Part shown: positions 51,029 to 53,995 of the stretch, in pieces
Numbering within the stretch: position 1 is the stretch's first letter
Layout of the letters: every line of letters starts with the position of its first letter
Assembly (NCBI GenBank): GCA_000320545.1
Contig: ADNK01000324.1
Location: 1 to 53,995 of the forward strand
Length of the DNA: 53,995 nucleotides
Reading direction: 5' to 3'
Source: Bigelowiella natans CCMP2755
Taxonomy: Eukaryota > Protista > Cercozoa
The notes under the pieces: generated by a model
Database searches by the model: none
Told to the model about the DNA's origin: nothing
The model's input: only the letters and a program-made list of their open reading frames with translations
Translations under genes and position numbers: made by a program

Positions 51029-51193
51029 ATCTTATGCCGGTGTTATTTCGGCTTTTCATCATACTTTGGTGGCGTTTGAATTAGGGTTTTCTGCGAGACG
51101 TGTGGGGCGTTGTTCAGCAATCGAAGATCGCAGCAGAGGCATGCCATGCGCCAGCACAAAAGCGCTAACAGTTTAGCCATTGGTTCAGGATAA
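48521..51193 (+). CDS. multi-C2H2 (Kruppel-type) zinc-finger protein, about 8 fingers, multi-exon
   Basis: MSPSEGQ|AERS...FSCSKCSQTFGKM|ASLRDHFRSHTREKPYVCNVCNKK|YSFRGSLSLHRRKHSGSRFHCLTCLRNFTQKSTLQYHMLAVH; VHQRIHTGEKPFICGQCG (canonical TGEKP linker); YACPTCQRLLSSKAALKAHVQLH; FACEACGKTFSQRQVLVAHRSNMH; FCETCGALFSNRRSQQRHAMRQH. Stop TAA at 51191-51193. Confidence 0.88.
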
Positions 51194-52216
51194 CTCTAAT
51201 TTGATCCTCGGTACACATCTCCGCTTGCTTGCATGTGAGCCTTCTTAATTGGTACATGCAATGCGAAGCGTGGATGATGTGATTTTTTGCACGCTGCGTA
51301 ACATGTCAGTCAATCTACGTGCTCTTAAGGAAGCATGCGTGCCCATAATACGATGCTTCGGAGAATCTTTGTTTAGCTGCTAGCGGCATACGTGCCGATG
51401 CAAATGAAACAGATAAATGAGTGCTATGCGTATAGCCCTATAGGCTACAGAGCGTGCATGGGTTCATAACATACGTTCTATAACACACATAAAACCAAAC
51501 CAATGACGCCACTTGCACGCCTTATAGCGGCCGCTCACGATACGCGCTACGCGTGCGTTGGTGAAATCAACACTTTAAGAGAAGATAGATTATAGACAAT
51601 TTCGAGGGACATTCTTCTGCCCTCTAGGATGCAGAGAACCTACCCTGATTTATTAGAACTATATAGTCAGGCCGTGCTATGTAAGGCGATAAAGCGTGAA
51701 GCGACGTGTGGCGCTAAACATGCACATGGAAGACGCACACGGGTAGGTATATCTTGGGCTCTTGAGATGCCATCACTTATAGTTGCCAATAAGCTGCGTT
51801 CTAGAACGGGCGTCCACTAGCCCCCGTCCCCCGTGTTAATACGCAAAAGCGGGCGGTCCGTACACGAAGTGAGGAGTGTACGACATGGTTTGACCCCAGG
51901 CTGTGTGGACGCATCATACGCTATATTAGCACAGTCTCAAAGAGGAGGATCATTACGAAACCAGAATTATGCGTATGTTATAAACATTGTAATTATTCGG
52001 ACCGGGTCTTGGTGTCACGTCGGGGTGCGTTCCTGTGATATGAACAAAAAGGGCACCCGCCCCCTCTTATCAGGTTCTATCGCATTGGGCTTCAGCATTC
52101 AAGATAACAGTAAGAGGAAAATGATCTCGTGCATAATGATAGGTTTTGAGGATGTATACGCTGGGAAGTCTTCCGCATCACCCAAGCAACATTCATTGTA
52201 TTTATTTTTGTTTCAC

Positions 52217-53014
52217 GTATGAGGTCGGTGTGGCCAGCGTTGTGCCCAGCTTCGCAGCCACCGATATAACTGGCCACTTTGCATCTTTCCCGTTGTTTCT
52301 GCGTTGGTGGAAATCATCATTACCTGGCTCCGGCCAAGGTTGCAGAATTCCCATGTCCTTCTGTTCGTACAAAAGTGCGAAAATTGTAGTGAGTTACTAT
52401 AGAGGAAATAGGATCACGGCACGCAGCGCATTAGCCGGGAAGCGCGATTACGAAGTCGCTCACAGGCGATAAGATCGCCATATCGGGAAGTTGCGGTTAG
52501 CGTTCCTTACTTCGTCGTCAGGTGCATCCCACCAGTCTGGAGCCTTCCCCCACGGGGGTGCCTTAACCTGCGCGTTCCCCCCCGTAGACTCTCTCTCTCG
52601 CACGTTAGAATGTGTGCTTAATAGAATCAATTTCCCTTCTACTCCTCCTCGGCCATTTTCGCTTTTCTCTTTCTTTACCGCGGATCTTAGGAGACCGGCA
52701 GCATGGGTCTGGCTTTCGCTATTGGGAAGTGAATCGCCCTTTACTTCTGCGGTTCTCGACTCCTCAACCACCGGTTCAACAACACCAGAGGGAGGAGAGG
52801 GAATGTGTTGGGTCTGTGCCCCGAATACGGTTTCATTGTTGCTTCGAATGAGGTTTCCGCTGGCCTTTCTTGGTCGGGTATAGCTGCTTGTTTTTGTGGT
52901 GTTGCTGGGGTTTATACCCCCCCCTCGGGCACCCTTTATCTCAAACAACATAACAACAACAAAAACGAGTGACATCAATGCCGAGTATTTCCGCCCCATC
53001 TTGCAATTATCCAT
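52217..53014 (-). CDS. signal-peptide protein of unknown function (3' end not resolved)
   Basis: Hydrophobic N-terminus YSALMSLVFVVVMLFEIKGARGG, low-complexity linker, KAPPWGKAPDWWDAPDDE|gtaagg, and a probable next exon QKDMGILQPWPEPGNDDFHQRRNNGKDAKWPVISV (~52370-52220). Confidence 0.55.
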
Positions 53015-53477
53015 GTCCTCCCAAGCTCCAGGGGCCTTTCAGCCCTTGAAGGAAAGGGGGGGAGGAGCTTTGGAGACGAACTTTTGATTCAAAAGTCTTG
53101 AAAATCGATTCAAAATTCTATTGAAATACAGGGGATTTTATGCACTAAGACATGTCCTAATTCGACTTTTTCTCCCGAACCCACGTCCCGAAGCTTCCTC
53201 AGGACGCACACAACGTACGACGTCCTGTTCAATATGTCGCAGTATAAAAACCAAACCTGTTTTTCGGAGAAATACGCAGTATTTTTAGACAGAATATTAA
53301 GCCGAGTACATCCTAAGAATGCACGGTAGTTATCGTCATACCAAATCTAATCTAACAAGCCGAGCAAGCGCTGCCCTCCCCCTAGCCCAGATGACTGGGA
53401 GGGGCGACCTCCTTCTCCCCACCCTCTCCCAGCTGATATAATTACTGAATAAAACCGTGATGCGTTTCGACGCTAAT

Positions 53478-53995
53478 ATGGCGAGGCATGCCCGGCCTAT
53501 GCTCCCTTCCCTTCTGCTTACTGCCATCCTGATGGGGCTATCTCACCGCTCCTTTGTGTCTGCTAGTTCGGAACCAAGGGGGAGGGTTCGCCAGGGTTCT
53601 AAGGAATTTTACCAGAACGCAGACGGGATTAGATCGAAGGAGATTCGACTGCACATGCGTAGACTGCTCCTCCGGCCTCGCGGAGGAAGTGGCATGGGGG
53701 GGACTGCTCCCGCGCATCATACTCTTTCTCCGCCGTCGCCATCGGTGCCAGCAGCAGCAGCCTCGGCCTCCTCGCTTCCAAACGCAACAGTAGAGGCAGT
53801 GTACGTCACCACACGAACATCTTGCAGTCTTTTTGCCCTTCTCATCGACCTTGAGATTACTCAGAGCTGCGCCGTGTGATGACAGCGACACACCCGCAAT
53901 ATATAGTGCGAAAGTAAATTTATTCTCCTTCACTCCCCCCCCCCCCCCCCGTTGCTTTCCGAATCGAATCAGATACGCTTGCATCCAGCAGCGAT
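53478..53995 (+). CDS. 5' end of a signal-peptide protein (continues beyond the window)
   Basis: MARHARPMLPSLLLTAILMGLSHRSFVSA followed by an Arg-rich stretch ending LLLRPRGG. Likely donor near 53800. Divergent from the 53014 gene. Confidence 0.5.

Overview
Eukaryotic nuclear DNA: gene-dense and intron-rich, with microsatellite-filled introns. A bipartite signal+transit-like presequence and the overall style suggest a chlorarachniophyte alga such as Bigelowiella (inference, not verified). About 13 spliced genes were reconstructed by hand: GCN2 kinase, a plastid-targeted CsgA-like SDR, a GNAT acetyltransferase, ZC3H15/Tma46, HSPBP1/Fes1, a membrane J-domain protein, a 764-aa orphan secreted protein, a giant STRA6-like/LRR/beta-trefoil-like membrane protein, a two-TM DEG/ENaC- or PAC-like channel, a C2H2 zinc-finger protein and several unknowns. 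The most striking signal is non-coding. Sharply bounded intergenic domains (about 7.9-8.5, 19.7-20.1, 27.6-29.4, 44.3-45.3 and 47.5-48.45 kb) have lost almost all TpA, carry abundant TpG/CpA, keep CpG, and retain TpA almost only as CTAG, CTA or TAG. They contain dead genes in which Tyr codons appear converted to Cys/His. This points to a regional, context-specific A:T->G:C hypermutation process, opposite in direction to fungal RIP. All counts and exon boundaries are manual and need computational confirmation.
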